64,000 nucleotides of DNA from Acutalibacteraceae bacterium (GTDB lineage: Bacteria > Bacillota > Clostridia > Oscillospirales > Acutalibacteraceae). Position 1 is the stretch's first letter, and each line of letters begins with the position of its first letter. The DNA is taken from NCBI GenBank assembly GCA_045594065.1, contig JAZNXU010000002.1:1750-65749 (forward strand), in the 5' to 3' direction. The notes beneath the pieces were generated by a model. The model worked only from the letters and a program-made list of their open reading frames with translations, searched no databases and was not told the DNA's origin. Of the stretch, positions 19,303 to 29,561 are shown piece after piece. The position numbers and the translations under genes are program-made.

Positions 19303-19358
19303 AAAAGTCCCTCCATTAATTTAATTATACAATAATTACCTCAAAAATCAATAATTCA

Positions 19359-19504
19359 TTGACAAAATTTAAAAATCTGATATAATAGTGTTACAATCTT
19401 TTGAAAGGGAATACACTAATGGACGACGGCGTCAGTAGCGTGTTTATCATTAATATCATATAATTTAAGGCATATTTGCACTCTCAGTGCAGGTATGCTT
19501 TTTT
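19359..19504 (+). promoter_or_regulatory. promoter plus ~110-nt leader ending in a strong intrinsic terminator (attenuator / candidate riboswitch) upstream of the CNNM-family gene
   Basis: TTGACA-16nt-TATAAT at 19359-19386. A 13-bp stem with 3-nt loop at 19470-19498 is followed by TTTTTT. RBS and ATG lie downstream at 19534. Confidence 0.55.
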
Positions 19505-19533
19505 GTGTTTGAAAAGGAGTTATTTTAAAAATT

Positions 19534-20799
19534 ATGGACCCAAGTACGGTAATTTCTATTTTAATTATGGCAGTATTAGTAATGTTTTCGGCTTACTTCT
19601 CTGCCACCGAAACCGCGTTTTCAACCCTTAATAAAACAAGAATTAAAACCCTTGCCGAGGCAGGCAACAAAAAAGCCGAGCTAACGCTGGAGCTTTCCGA
19701 AAGCTATGATAAGCTTATTTCCACCATACTTATCGGCAACAATATCGTGAATATCGCGCTGGCTTCAATCGGCACAATGCTTTTTGTAAAGCTGTATGGT
19801 GATATAGGTGCTACAATTTCCACAGCCGTTATAACGGTAGTGGTGCTCATTTTCGGTGAAATTTCGCCTAAGAGCCTAGCTAAAGACTTCCCCGAAAAAT
19901 TTGCAATGTTTTCATCACCCTTTATAAAAGCTTTAATTTTTGTTTTAACCCCGCTCAATTTTATTTTTTCGGGCTGGAAAAAACTGCTGTCACGAATGTT
20001 TAAAAATGAGGGTGAGCAGAAAATGTCTCAAGAAGAGCTGCTTATGCTCGTTCAAGAGGTTGAGGAAGAGGGCAGTATCGATAACGATGAGGGTACTCTG
20101 CTTCGCAATGTTATCGAGTTCACCGACCGCCGCGCAGAGGATATTTTAACCCATCGCGGCGATGTTGAGGCTGTACCGATTGATACTTCAAAAAAAGAGA
20201 TTGCACGCATTTTCTCTGATACCAAGTTTTCTCGTTTGCTTGTGTATGATGAGTCTATCGATGATATTGTGGGCGTTATCCACCAAAAGGATTTTTATAA
20301 TGCAGGCAGCATCTTCACTGGGGACATCAGAGATATTCTCTCCGAGCCTGTGTTTGTTCCCCAGTCGTTAAAGGTTGATGCCCTCTTAAAAGAGCTGCAG
20401 AAAGCCAAATCGCATATTGCGGTTGTTGTAGATGAATATGGTGGTATGGTCGGTATTGTCACAATGGAGGATATTCTCGAAGAGCTTGTTGGCGAAATCT
20501 GGGACGAGCACGACGATGTTATCGAGGATTTCAAGGAGATGGCACCGAACACTTATCGCATTAACGGCCTTACAAACCTTGAAGATTTCAATGAGTTCTT
20601 TGGTATTCAGATTGAGGGTGAGGGTGTATCTTTTGGCGGTTGGGTAATGGAAATGCTTGATAAAATACCCGAGGTGGGCGATAAGTTTGAGTTTGATAAC
20701 TTAGAGTTTACCGTAACTGAGACCGATGCCCGCCGTGCATCGCTGATAGATGTTGTAATGCATCCTGCAGAAGAAACCGAAAATGAGGAAGAACAATGA
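19534..20799 (+). CDS. CNNM/HlyC-CorC family transporter (DUF21-CBS pair-CorC_HlyC)
   Basis: 421 aa with an N-terminal DUF21 TM domain, a CBS pair and a C-terminal CorC_HlyC-type domain. Confidence 0.85.
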   Translation: MDPSTVISILIMAVLVMFSAYFSATETAFSTLNKTRIKTLAEAGNKKAELTLELSESYDKLISTILIGNNIVNIALASIGTMLFVKLYGDIGATISTAVITVVVLIFGEISPKSLAKDFPEKFAMFSSPFIKALIFVLTPLNFIFSGWKKLLSRMFKNEGEQKMSQEELLMLVQEVEEEGSIDNDEGTLLRNVIEFTDRRAEDILTHRGDVEAVPIDTSKKEIARIFSDTKFSRLLVYDESIDDIVGVIHQKDFYNAGSIFTGDIRDILSEPVFVPQSLKVDALLKELQKAKSHIAVVVDEYGGMVGIVTMEDILEELVGEIWDEHDDVIEDFKEMAPNTYRINGLTNLEDFNEFFGIQIEGEGVSFGGWVMEMLDKIPEVGDKFEFDNLEFTVTETDARRASLIDVVMHPAEETENEEEQ

Positions 20800-22016
20800 T
20801 ATATGATATAGCTGTTGTAGGCGGCGGTGCGGCGGGTCTTTTTGCTGCTATACACGCCAAAAAACTGGACAGTAGTCTTAATATTGTGGTGTTTGAGGCG
20901 CTTGACCGTGTGGGCAAAAAATTGATAACCACGGGTAATGGGCAATGCAATATTACAAACCAAAATGCAGCGCCAAGGTTTTACCACTCTGAAACACCCC
21001 ACTTATTAAGTGAGGTGTTATCGGCATTTACGGTTAAGGATACTGTAGCGGAGTTCAATAAAATGGGGGTCGAAATAGTTTTTGAGCCCGATGGCAGAGC
21101 CTATCCAGCATCTTATCAGGCTGGCTCGGTAGTAGATGCATTACGCTTTACTGCTGAGGAATTAGGTGTTGAAATCATAAATGGCGTAAAAATCGATTCC
21201 TTAAAAAAAGAGGATAACTATAAGCTTATTTCCCAAAGTGATGAAATCAGCGCCCGTAAGGTAATTTTTGCTTGTGGTCTGCTTTCAGGCGGTGCAAAGC
21301 TCGGTAGCTTTGGCGATACACTCCGCATGTTTAAAAATTTAGGGTATCAAATCTCAAAAACCACCCCCGCAATAGTACAGATTAAAACGGAAACCGATAT
21401 TGTAAAACAATTAAAGGGAATTAAATTTAACGGCACCGCCACACTTTTTATAAACGGTAAAAAATCAAAGGCTCAGGCAGGGGAGATACTCTTTACAGAT
21501 TACGGCTTGTCAGGTCCTGCAATACTTGGTATCTCGCGTGAAGCCTCAAGAAACAGCGGTAGAATAGAAATAAGTCTTGATATAACTCCTAATATGGCTG
21601 AAACTCATCTTAAAAAGTTGCTTTCAGAGCGTAAGTGCAATTTACAAACGCGTTCAAGCGATAACTTTTTAACCGGTTTTATAAACAAGCGACTTGGTCA
21701 GGTGTTAATAAAATGTGCCGAAATTCCGCTTAATACCACCGTTGCAGAGATTACAGATAAGCAAATTGCAAAGCTTACCCGCCTTATAAAAAGCTTCACA
21801 TTTACTGTTACGGGTAATACCGGTTTTAATAATTCACAGGTAACAGCAGGCGGAATTAGTCTTAACGAAGTTAATATAAACACCCTTGAATCTAAAAGGC
21901 ATAAGGGACTTTATATTATCGGCGAGCTTTTGGATGTTGATGGCGATTGCGGAGGATATAATCTGCAATGGGCTTGGAGCTCGGCGGCGGTTGCGGCAAG
22001 GAGCGCTATAAAGTAA
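20796..22016 (+). CDS. BaiN/HI0933-like NAD(P)/FAD-dependent oxidoreductase
   Basis: N-terminal DIAVVGGGAAGLFAA dinucleotide motif, HI0933-like length, and C-terminal GELLDVDGDCGGYNLQWA. ATGA overlap with the upstream gene. Confidence 0.8.
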   Translation: MIYDIAVVGGGAAGLFAAIHAKKLDSSLNIVVFEALDRVGKKLITTGNGQCNITNQNAAPRFYHSETPHLLSEVLSAFTVKDTVAEFNKMGVEIVFEPDGRAYPASYQAGSVVDALRFTAEELGVEIINGVKIDSLKKEDNYKLISQSDEISARKVIFACGLLSGGAKLGSFGDTLRMFKNLGYQISKTTPAIVQIKTETDIVKQLKGIKFNGTATLFINGKKSKAQAGEILFTDYGLSGPAILGISREASRNSGRIEISLDITPNMAETHLKKLLSERKCNLQTRSSDNFLTGFINKRLGQVLIKCAEIPLNTTVAEITDKQIAKLTRLIKSFTFTVTGNTGFNNSQVTAGGISLNEVNINTLESKRHKGLYIIGELLDVDGDCGGYNLQWAWSSAAVAARSAIK

Positions 22017-23593
22017 TGATACTTTTACAAAACATTAATTTGCCGCTCTCAACCGATTTCTCTGATATTCCCACTATTGTTGCGCCATTGCTTAAAATAC
22101 CAAAAAGCGAAATTAAAGGCGCAAGGATTTATAAAAAATCGGTCGATGCAAGGCATAAAAACAACATTGTTTTCTGTTGTGCTTTTCTTATTGAAGCCGC
22201 TAACGAAAACAAAATAATTGCAAAAAATAAAAAGGCAAGCCTTTATTTAAAAAAACCTTACGAATGGAAAAGGGCGGGAAATACGCAGGTGCGTCCCATA
22301 ATTATCGGCTTTGGTCCCGCGGGAATTTTTGCGGCTTTGGCATTAGCCAAGGCAGGGCTTAAACCAATCATTATTGAACGCGGAACAGATGTTGATACAA
22401 GGCAAACCGATGTTAATTCGTTTTTTAGCGGCGGCAAATTAAACCCCGAATCTAATATTCAGTTCGGCGAGGGCGGCGCAGGCACGTTTTCCGACGGAAA
22501 GCTTAACACAGGCATTAAAGACGCCCGCATTTCAGTGGTGCTTGAAACCCTCAGTAAATTCGGCGCACCCGATAAGATTTTGTATGACTCTAAGCCCCAT
22601 ATCGGCACCGATATTCTAAGGGTTGTTGTCAAGAATATCCGCAATGAAATTATATCACTCGGCGGTGAAGTGCGTTTTAATTCAAGGCTTGATAATATTG
22701 AAATTATAAATAACCAATTAACACGCATAAAAGTTACAAGCGGTAAAAAAAGCGAATGGATAGCATGTAGCCATTTAGTGTTGGCAACGGGTCATTCAGC
22801 CCGCGATACATATAAGATGCTAAAGGCTGCAGGTGTCGAGCTTGTCCGCAAGCCTTTTTCTGTAGGAGCTAGAATTGAGCATCTGCAAAGCGATATTAAT
22901 AGAGCGCTTTACGGTGACTTTGCAAATCATCCCGCGCTAGGCGCTGCCGATTATAAAATGGCGGTGCATCTGCCCTCAGGTCGCGGTGTTTATACCTTTT
23001 GTATGTGCCCTGGCGGTGAGGTAATTAATGCTTCAAGCGAAGAGAATATGACCTGTGTTAACGGTATGAGTAATTCCGTCCGTGACGGTGTTAATGCTAA
23101 CAGCGCACTGCTTGTTGATATTCGCCCCGAGGATTTAATGGGTGACGATGTGCTTGCAGGAATTGAACTGCAACGCGAAATAGAAAGTCGCGCTTTTTCA
23201 CCCGACGGTGTTCCTTTTTGTTATGTAGGTGACCTTATCGGTGAGAAAGTGACCGACCCGCAAAGAATAAACCCAACCGTAAAACCAAAGGCAAAACACA
23301 CCAATATAGAATCGGTATTGCCCGATTTTGCGGTAAACTCTTTACGGGAGGCTCTGCCGCTTTTTGGCCAAAAAATAAGCGGTTTTGATAATGCCAATGC
23401 GGTACTAACTTTTCCTGAAACCCGAAGCTCAGCCCCTGTGCGCATTTTGCGGAATGAAAGCTATACTGCTACCGATGTTTCGGGGCTTTACCCTTGTGGA
23501 GAGGGTGCAGGCTATGCAGGCGGTATAACCTCTGCCGCGGTGGACGGACTCAGAATTGCCGAGGCTCTTATAGACAGTATTAATAAACATTAA
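22016..23593 (+). CDS. FAD-dependent protein (COG2509-type NAD(P)/FAD oxidoreductase)
   Basis: GFGPAGIFAALALA dinucleotide motif and C-terminal LYPCGEGAGYAGGI. TAATG overlap with the previous gene. The track ORF start at 21968 is an in-frame extension. Confidence 0.75.
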   Translation: MILLQNINLPLSTDFSDIPTIVAPLLKIPKSEIKGARIYKKSVDARHKNNIVFCCAFLIEAANENKIIAKNKKASLYLKKPYEWKRAGNTQVRPIIIGFGPAGIFAALALAKAGLKPIIIERGTDVDTRQTDVNSFFSGGKLNPESNIQFGEGGAGTFSDGKLNTGIKDARISVVLETLSKFGAPDKILYDSKPHIGTDILRVVVKNIRNEIISLGGEVRFNSRLDNIEIINNQLTRIKVTSGKKSEWIACSHLVLATGHSARDTYKMLKAAGVELVRKPFSVGARIEHLQSDINRALYGDFANHPALGAADYKMAVHLPSGRGVYTFCMCPGGEVINASSEENMTCVNGMSNSVRDGVNANSALLVDIRPEDLMGDDVLAGIELQREIESRAFSPDGVPFCYVGDLIGEKVTDPQRINPTVKPKAKHTNIESVLPDFAVNSLREALPLFGQKISGFDNANAVLTFPETRSSAPVRILRNESYTATDVSGLYPCGEGAGYAGGITSAAVDGLRIAEALIDSINKH

Positions 23594-24146
23594 AAACCGA
23601 GTATTTATCAAACAGGTAGTAGGCTTCGCTTTTTAAGCGCATTTTACTGCCTGTTTTACATTCTATTGGAATAATAATTTTCGCCGATGCATCTTTGCAG
23701 TTTTCAAGTTTAAAGGCATTCATATGTTTTAAAACGGTATTCAAATAAATGCTTTCAGGCATTTTGTTCATGGCTACCGAAAAACTGTTTTTTGTAATTT
23801 GTATTTTAATTTTGCCCTGTGTGTACTTAGTTATAAGTGATAATAATATTTCGAAAAGTCGCAAATTCACAAAATATGTGTTGCTGTTACCTATAATTTT
23901 CGCACTTTGAATTTTACCCGCTAAATATGCTGTACCGCAAATAATATCGGTAAGCTCTGCAAGTGGAATACAGCACATAAAATTTTCTTTAAAGGCTAAT
24001 CCCTCAAATAGATAAAGCTTTTTCAGAATTTCGATATTTTCGTATGAAAAATTGCCCTCAATTTCATCACGAAAAATTCTGTTGCGTAGGGTTTCACAGA
24101 GTTTGTTTTGCTTTTTAAGGTCATTTTGAATAATTTTTTCGTCCAT
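23580..24146 (-). CDS. hypothetical protein
   Basis: 188-aa ORF, convergent with and overlapping the previous gene's end by 14 nt. Only a weak resemblance to the N-box region of GHKL ATPases (LFEILLSLITKYTQGKIKIQI). Confidence 0.45.
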   Translation of the reverse strand: MDEKIIQNDLKKQNKLCETLRNRIFRDEIEGNFSYENIEILKKLYLFEGLAFKENFMCCIPLAELTDIICGTAYLAGKIQSAKIIGNSNTYFVNLRLFEILLSLITKYTQGKIKIQITKNSFSVAMNKMPESIYLNTVLKHMNAFKLENCKDASAKIIIPIECKTGSKMRLKSEAYYLFDKYSVFNVY

Positions 24147-24281
24147 ATTACATTTATTATATGCGGAAATGATGAAAAATTAAATTTCAACTAAATTTTG
24201 TTAAAATTTAGTCAAAACATCTTGAAAAAAATTGTTTTTTGGGGTACAATATATGTAAATAATTTTTAGGAGGAATTTCCA

Positions 24282-25313
24282 ATGGTTAAAGTTGCTATTA
24301 ACGGATTCGGCCGTATCGGTCGTCTCGCATTCCGTCAGATGTTTGGTGCTGAGGGCTACGATGTAGTAGCTATCAACGACCTTACAAAACCCTCTATGCT
24401 TGCCAACCTTTTAAAGTATGACACAGCACAGGGCGGTTACTGCGGTACAATCGGTGAAAATCTTCACACAGTTTCTGCTGATGATGAAGCCGGTACTATC
24501 ACAGTTGACGGCAAAACCCTTAAGATCTATGCTGAGAAAGACGCTAAGGACCTTCCTTGTGGTGAAATCGGCGTAGACGTAGTTCTCGAGTGCACAGGCT
24601 TCTACTGCTCTAAAGAGAAGAGTCAGGCTCATATTGATGCCGGCGCTAAAAAGGTAGTTATTTCTGCTCCTGCAGGTAACGATCTTCCCACTATCGTATT
24701 CAGCGTTAACGAGAATACTCTCACTGCTGATGACAAAATCATTTCTGCAGCTTCCTGCACAACTAACTGCTTAGCTCCTATGGCTAAGGCTCTTAACGAT
24801 TACGCTCCTATCCAGAGCGGTATTATGAGCACTATCCACGCTTACACAGGCGACCAGATGATTCTTGACGGTCCTCACAGAAAGGGTGACCTCCGTCGTG
24901 CTCGTGCCGGTGCTGCTAACATTGTTCCTAACTCTACAGGTGCTGCTAAGGCTATCGGTCTTGTAATTCCTGAACTCAACGGCAAGCTTATCGGCTCTGC
25001 TCAGCGTGTTCCGGTTCCGACCGGTTCTACCACCATCCTTACCGCTGTTGTTAAGGGTGCTGACGTTACTAAAGAGGGCATCAATGCTGCTATGAAGGCT
25101 GCTGCTTGTGAGTCCTTTGGCTACAATGAGGATCAGATCGTTTCTTCCGATGTTATCGGTATGCGTTACGGCTCACTCTTCTATGCTACTCAGACAATGG
25201 TTTGCAAAATCGCTGACGACCTTTATGAGGTACAGGTTGTTTCTTGGTATGATAACGAGAACTCCTACACAAGCCAGATGGTACGCACCATTAAGTACTT
25301 CGCTGAAATCTAA
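24282..25313 (+). CDS. gap: type I glyceraldehyde-3-phosphate dehydrogenase
   Basis: NGFGRIGR, active-site SCTTNC, WYDNE. Strong RBS AGGAGG and a TTGAAA-17-TACAAT promoter. Confidence 0.95.
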   Translation: MVKVAINGFGRIGRLAFRQMFGAEGYDVVAINDLTKPSMLANLLKYDTAQGGYCGTIGENLHTVSADDEAGTITVDGKTLKIYAEKDAKDLPCGEIGVDVVLECTGFYCSKEKSQAHIDAGAKKVVISAPAGNDLPTIVFSVNENTLTADDKIISAASCTTNCLAPMAKALNDYAPIQSGIMSTIHAYTGDQMILDGPHRKGDLRRARAGAANIVPNSTGAAKAIGLVIPELNGKLIGSAQRVPVPTGSTTILTAVVKGADVTKEGINAAMKAAACESFGYNEDQIVSSDVIGMRYGSLFYATQTMVCKIADDLYEVQVVSWYDNENSYTSQMVRTIKYFAEI

Positions 25314-25332
25314 TTTAAGTTAGATAAATTAA

Positions 25333-25365
25333 ACTCCCAACTTCAAATGAAGTCGGGAGTTTTTT
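25333..25365. terminator. bidirectional terminator between gap and the serpin gene
   Basis: ctcccaacttc-aaat-gaagtcgggag followed by a T run. Confidence 0.65.
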
Positions 25366-25379
25366 GTTTTGTCAAATTT

Positions 25380-26621
25380 TTACGGCTCAACAACTTTCCC
25401 AATGAAGAGCGGTATATTTGTGTTTGCCTCAATTATTGCGTATACAAACGGGCGGTCAAGCGTAACCGTTACGGGGCGATCTTCAAGTGAGGTCTTGGCG
25501 GCTATTTCAGCCTTTGTAACAGCGCCTGCCTTGGTGCCTTTTTCGTCAACCGTTATATAGGTCTTCTGCATAATGTCAGCTAAATAAAGGTTAGCACCCT
25601 GATAGGCTCCTATACCTGTGAAATCGGCATCATCTGCGTCAAATGCAGTTGTTACTCCAAGATTTTTAAGAGTGTCAATTAGCGTCATTTCAAAGGTGGT
25701 TTCAAATTTAGGCATAACAGATATTACCGGCCGTTCAGTAGCATCTTTAATTATATTGCTGATGCTGTTGCTTTGAAGCTCGGATATAAATTTATTAATA
25801 TCGGTACCCTCGTTAGGCAGCAGTGCTACAAAGCGGTAATCACCATTTTTATATTCTTTAATGAAGCCAGTTGAGTTATGGGTGTTAATGTAATAATTTT
25901 CTTTGCCGCGCATCATTTCTACCTGTACTGCACCGGTAAAGGTGTTAAATGTACCGCTTGAAATATCGCTTTTTGCGTAAGGTGTGTGCCATTCGGCATC
26001 AAAGGTTAACGCATTAATAAGGTAAAGGCAGGTTTCGCGGTCAATCTTGTTTACAATGCTGTCAATTTCGCCGTTAGTAGCATTTTTAACCCAATCGTTA
26101 ATTGTTGTTTTTGCGTTATCATCAAAGGGCATTTTGAAAATATCGGCGGCGTAAAAATCGGCATTGTTTTGTAAAAATGATTTTTTAACACTAAGCTTAT
26201 TATCATCTTTAATCCACACCGAATTTGTATTTGCTATTTTACTCGTGGTGGGTAATGAATCAAAAAAAGTGTGAAGATTATGGTTAGTTTTTTCAGCGGT
26301 AGCAGATAACAGCGTACTCAGTTCCGCTGCGGTATCTCCGTTAGCTCCCGACAGTAACATTCCTAAAATATTTGTTAAAGAAATAGGGGATACAAGAATG
26401 TTTTTATCCGCGTTTTGTTTGTTTATTTCTGCAAAGACCTGCACAGCAAGCTTGTTTTGGGCAAGTGTGAAATCGCTACCGTAGTCGTTATACTCGGTGA
26501 TGTTGCTTTCATATCCTTCGCTTAGCTTAACCGCCCTTACATTTGCAGTGCCTGAACTGCCGCAAGCGCAAAGGGAAAGAGTAAGCAGTAAAACTAAAAG
26601 TAAAGCAATTAATTTTTTCAT
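25380..26621 (-). CDS. serpin-family protease inhibitor, lipoprotein
   Basis: Signal plus lipobox LTLSLCACGSS. Serpin core with hinge EKGTKAGAVT and C-terminal LDRPFVYAI. 413 aa. Confidence 0.85.
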   Translation of the reverse strand: MKKLIALLLVLLLTLSLCACGSSGTANVRAVKLSEGYESNITEYNDYGSDFTLAQNKLAVQVFAEINKQNADKNILVSPISLTNILGMLLSGANGDTAAELSTLLSATAEKTNHNLHTFFDSLPTTSKIANTNSVWIKDDNKLSVKKSFLQNNADFYAADIFKMPFDDNAKTTINDWVKNATNGEIDSIVNKIDRETCLYLINALTFDAEWHTPYAKSDISSGTFNTFTGAVQVEMMRGKENYYINTHNSTGFIKEYKNGDYRFVALLPNEGTDINKFISELQSNSISNIIKDATERPVISVMPKFETTFEMTLIDTLKNLGVTTAFDADDADFTGIGAYQGANLYLADIMQKTYITVDEKGTKAGAVTKAEIAAKTSLEDRPVTVTLDRPFVYAIIEANTNIPLFIGKVVEP

Positions 26622-26638
26622 AAGAAGCTCCTTTCGTA

Positions 26639-28324
26639 TTACATACTCTGCGGGGCGTCAATCTTCATCATATTAAGAACATTTTTAATAACAATTCCCG
26701 TAGCCTTGCAAAGCTTAATTCTTGCCATCATTAATGGCTCTTCAATTCCGCGAACGCGGCAGGCGTTATAGAACTTGTGGAACTTGGTTGCAAGGTCGCT
26801 TACATAGTGGGTCATTCTTGCGGGGTCGTAAGATTTAGCCGCAACAATAATTTCCTCTGTTAGGTGTGATAAATGAACTATCAAATCGCGCTCTTCGGCG
26901 GTGCTTAATAATTCGAGTTCAGCCTTTGTAGGCTCGCGTACCTCAATACCGTCTTCGCTGAGATTTCGCATAATGCTGCAAATTCTCGCATGGGCGTACT
27001 GTACATAGTAAACGGGGTTTTGGCTAGACTCTTCAACCGCTAAATCAAGGTCAAAGTCGAAGTGGCTGTTGGCTTCACGGAGGTTGAAGAAAAATCTTGC
27101 CGCGTCAATCGGCACTTCGTCAAGCAGAGTTACAAGCGTAATGGCTTTACCCGAACGCTTAGATGCCTTGATTACTTCACCGTCTTTAACAAGACGCACC
27201 ATCTGCATAAGCACAACATCGAGTCGGTCAGCATCGACACCTAGGGCTATAAGCGCACTTTTCAAGCGCGGAACATACCCGTGGTGGTCAGCGCCTAAAA
27301 TATCAATTGCCTTGTCAAAACCGCGGGTTACTAATTTATTATAGTGGTAGGCAATATCGGGTACAATGTAGGTCGGCACACCGTTCGAGCGCACAAGAAC
27401 AAAATCGTCCGAGAGGAAATCGCTACCCTTAAACCATAGTGCACCCTCGTTTTCATAGGTGTGACCGCTCTGCTTTAAAAGCTCAACAATGCGGGTGGTT
27501 TCTCCGCTTGCGTGGAGTGTGCTTTCTCTAAACCAAGTGTTGTATTCAATTCGGTATTTAAGCAGGTCGTCGTGAAGACCCTGAATGTTTTTAGGCAGCG
27601 CAAAATCAACTAGAGCCTTTCTTCGAATTTCCTCGGTCTCACTTAAATATTTATTGCCGTGAATAGCTGCAAATGCCTCAGCGTGGGCAATAATATCTGC
27701 ACCGTGGTAGCTGTCCTCAGGCATTTCTACACTGCTGTCATATATCTGCTTATATCTTAAATCAAGGGAAAGCCCAAATTTGTTAATCTGATTTCCAGCA
27801 TCGTTAATGTAGAACTCGCGCTCAACATTATAGCCCGCCTTTTCGAGTACCGCCGCCAAACAGTCGCCAAGTGCGCCGCCGCGAGCGTTACCAATATGCA
27901 TCGGTCCTGTAGGATTAGCCGAAACAAACTCTACAAGTGCTTTTTTACCACCGCCGAAATTACTCTTACCGTAGTTGTCCCCCAAAGTGTCAACATCAGC
28001 TACAATGTCGGCATAGTAGCCGTCGGATAAAAAGAAATTAATAAAGCCCGGACCTGCAATTTCATATTTGCCAATGTATGTGCCGCCAAAATCAGCATTA
28101 GCCATTAATGCTTCGGCTATTTTGCGGGGAGCATTTCTGAAAAGCTTAGACCACGCAAGCGCCGCATTAACGGCATAGTCGCCGTGCTCGCGGTTAGAGG
28201 GCACTTCAATTATAAAGTCGGTAAGCTCTACACTAGGCAGCTCACCATTATCCATTGCAGTCTTAGCGGCGTTTAAAACTATATTTTTAATCTGTTCCTT
28301 TGCTGTGTTTACTATCTGTGACAT
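26639..28324 (-). CDS. argS: arginine--tRNA ligase
   Basis: 561 aa. Class I HIGH-type motif (PTGPMHIGNARG) and a C-terminal DALR anticodon-binding domain. Confidence 0.95.
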   Translation of the reverse strand: MSQIVNTAKEQIKNIVLNAAKTAMDNGELPSVELTDFIIEVPSNREHGDYAVNAALAWSKLFRNAPRKIAEALMANADFGGTYIGKYEIAGPGFINFFLSDGYYADIVADVDTLGDNYGKSNFGGGKKALVEFVSANPTGPMHIGNARGGALGDCLAAVLEKAGYNVEREFYINDAGNQINKFGLSLDLRYKQIYDSSVEMPEDSYHGADIIAHAEAFAAIHGNKYLSETEEIRRKALVDFALPKNIQGLHDDLLKYRIEYNTWFRESTLHASGETTRIVELLKQSGHTYENEGALWFKGSDFLSDDFVLVRSNGVPTYIVPDIAYHYNKLVTRGFDKAIDILGADHHGYVPRLKSALIALGVDADRLDVVLMQMVRLVKDGEVIKASKRSGKAITLVTLLDEVPIDAARFFFNLREANSHFDFDLDLAVEESSQNPVYYVQYAHARICSIMRNLSEDGIEVREPTKAELELLSTAEERDLIVHLSHLTEEIIVAAKSYDPARMTHYVSDLATKFHKFYNACRVRGIEEPLMMARIKLCKATGIVIKNVLNMMKIDAPQSM

Positions 28325-28326
28325 CT

Positions 28327-28746
28327 TTATACCTCTTTTACCGAAATTTCTACTGTGTTGCGGCTGAGCACGCTGTTTTCAATATCAATTGTATAACTCA
28401 TTCTAACTCTGCCGCCGTTAGCGCCTAATGTATTTTCAATTGTTTCACCGAAAATTCCAAGAACAAGCTCACCTTGCGGAATGGAATAAAAGCAGGTGTT
28501 TCGTCGCCCTTTTTCAATAACCAATCGGCTGTCAATTCCGCCCGAGCGTATCATAGTTATTTTGCTGTTTCCCTCGGTCTTCACAAGGGTTTTAACATTG
28601 TCGGTTTTAAGTGTTTCATTTTCCTCGTAGGAAATCAGGTATTTGCCGTCTTTTTCGCAGAGCGTGCCAACGGTTGAAAGCTCTATAACATCGCTTTCGC
28701 CGTCAATGCCTTGAGTTCCCCTAATATCAATTATTACATTTTTCAT
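28327..28746 (-). CDS. DUF1934 domain protein
   Basis: 139 aa. The conserved position immediately upstream of argS in Firmicutes and the beta-rich sequence are typical of DUF1934. Confidence 0.7.
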   Translation of the reverse strand: MKNVIIDIRGTQGIDGESDVIELSTVGTLCEKDGKYLISYEENETLKTDNVKTLVKTEGNSKITMIRSGGIDSRLVIEKGRRNTCFYSIPQGELVLGIFGETIENTLGANGGRVRMSYTIDIENSVLSRNTVEISVKEV

Positions 28747-29561
28747 AGCTTACTTATATCCACCTGTTTTGCGTTGTCTGCGTGTATTTTTTCACCCATT
28801 AATTTTTCCGTAGTGCTTTCAAACGAGCCTGTCATATCGCTAACAAAGTAGCTGTGCTTGCCGCCATTTGAATTAAGGAGCCTTTTTTTCTCTAAATAGC
28901 TCTTTAGGTTTTGGCTTAATTCCTCACCGGGATTTATAAGGGTTACACTGCTTCCCATAACCTCGGCAATTACACCGCTAAGCAGCGGATAATGCGTGCA
29001 ACCGAGAATAAGCGTGTCAATGCCTTTTTCTTTAAGCGGTAAAAGATATCTCTTAACCGTTTCAAGCACTATTATGCTGTCCTTTGAAGTAAGTCCCTCT
29101 TCTACTAACGGCACAAACAGCGGGCAGGCGGCGGCATAAATTTCGGCAGAGGGTAAAAGCTCTAAAATTCTTTTTTTGTGCTCACCGCTCTTAACTGTTG
29201 CGGGGGTGCCTATAATGCCAATTTTTCCGCTTCTTGTGGCTTTAACAGCTGCAGTCGCAGCTGGGGTAATCATTTCAAAAAAAGGAACAGGCAGAATATC
29301 TGCCGTGTCAGCCGCTACCGCACTAACAGTTCCACAGGCGGCAACAATAGCCTTAACATTATGGCTGAGTAAAAACTTCGCGTCCTCAGCGGCGTATTTT
29401 TTTATGGTGTCGCGGCTTCGTGTGCCGTATGGTACTCTGCCTGTATCACCAAAGTATACAATGTCCTCGTTGGGCAAAAGCTTTATAATTTCTTTCATAA
29501 CAGTCAGCCCGCCGAGCCCCGAGTCGAATATTCCTATTGGGTGTTTAAACACAACATTCAC
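28743..29561 (-). CDS. murI: glutamate racemase
   Basis: GIFDSGLGGLTV, catalytic Cys contexts (AACGT.. and LGCTHYP). Confidence 0.9.
   Translation of the reverse strand: MNVVFKHPIGIFDSGLGGLTVMKEIIKLLPNEDIVYFGDTGRVPYGTRSRDTIKKYAAEDAKFLLSHNVKAIVAACGTVSAVAADTADILPVPFFEMITPAATAAVKATRSGKIGIIGTPATVKSGEHKKRILELLPSAEIYAAACPLFVPLVEEGLTSKDSIIVLETVKRYLLPLKEKGIDTLILGCTHYPLLSGVIAEVMGSSVTLINPGEELSQNLKSYLEKKRLLNSNGGKHSYFVSDMTGSFESTTEKLMGEKIHADNAKQVDISKL

Noticed and set aside
19422-19433. Hairpin gacg-ACGG-cgtc resembles one half of a guanidine-II (mini-ykkC) riboswitch
   Set aside because: Only one ACGR-loop hairpin is present, whereas the class needs two. The downstream gene is not a guanidine exporter or carboxylase type.
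20607-21002. 131-aa and 80-aa minus-strand ORFs spanning the CNNM / flavoprotein gene junction
   Set aside because: They are antisense to two translationally coupled genes and show no independent signals.
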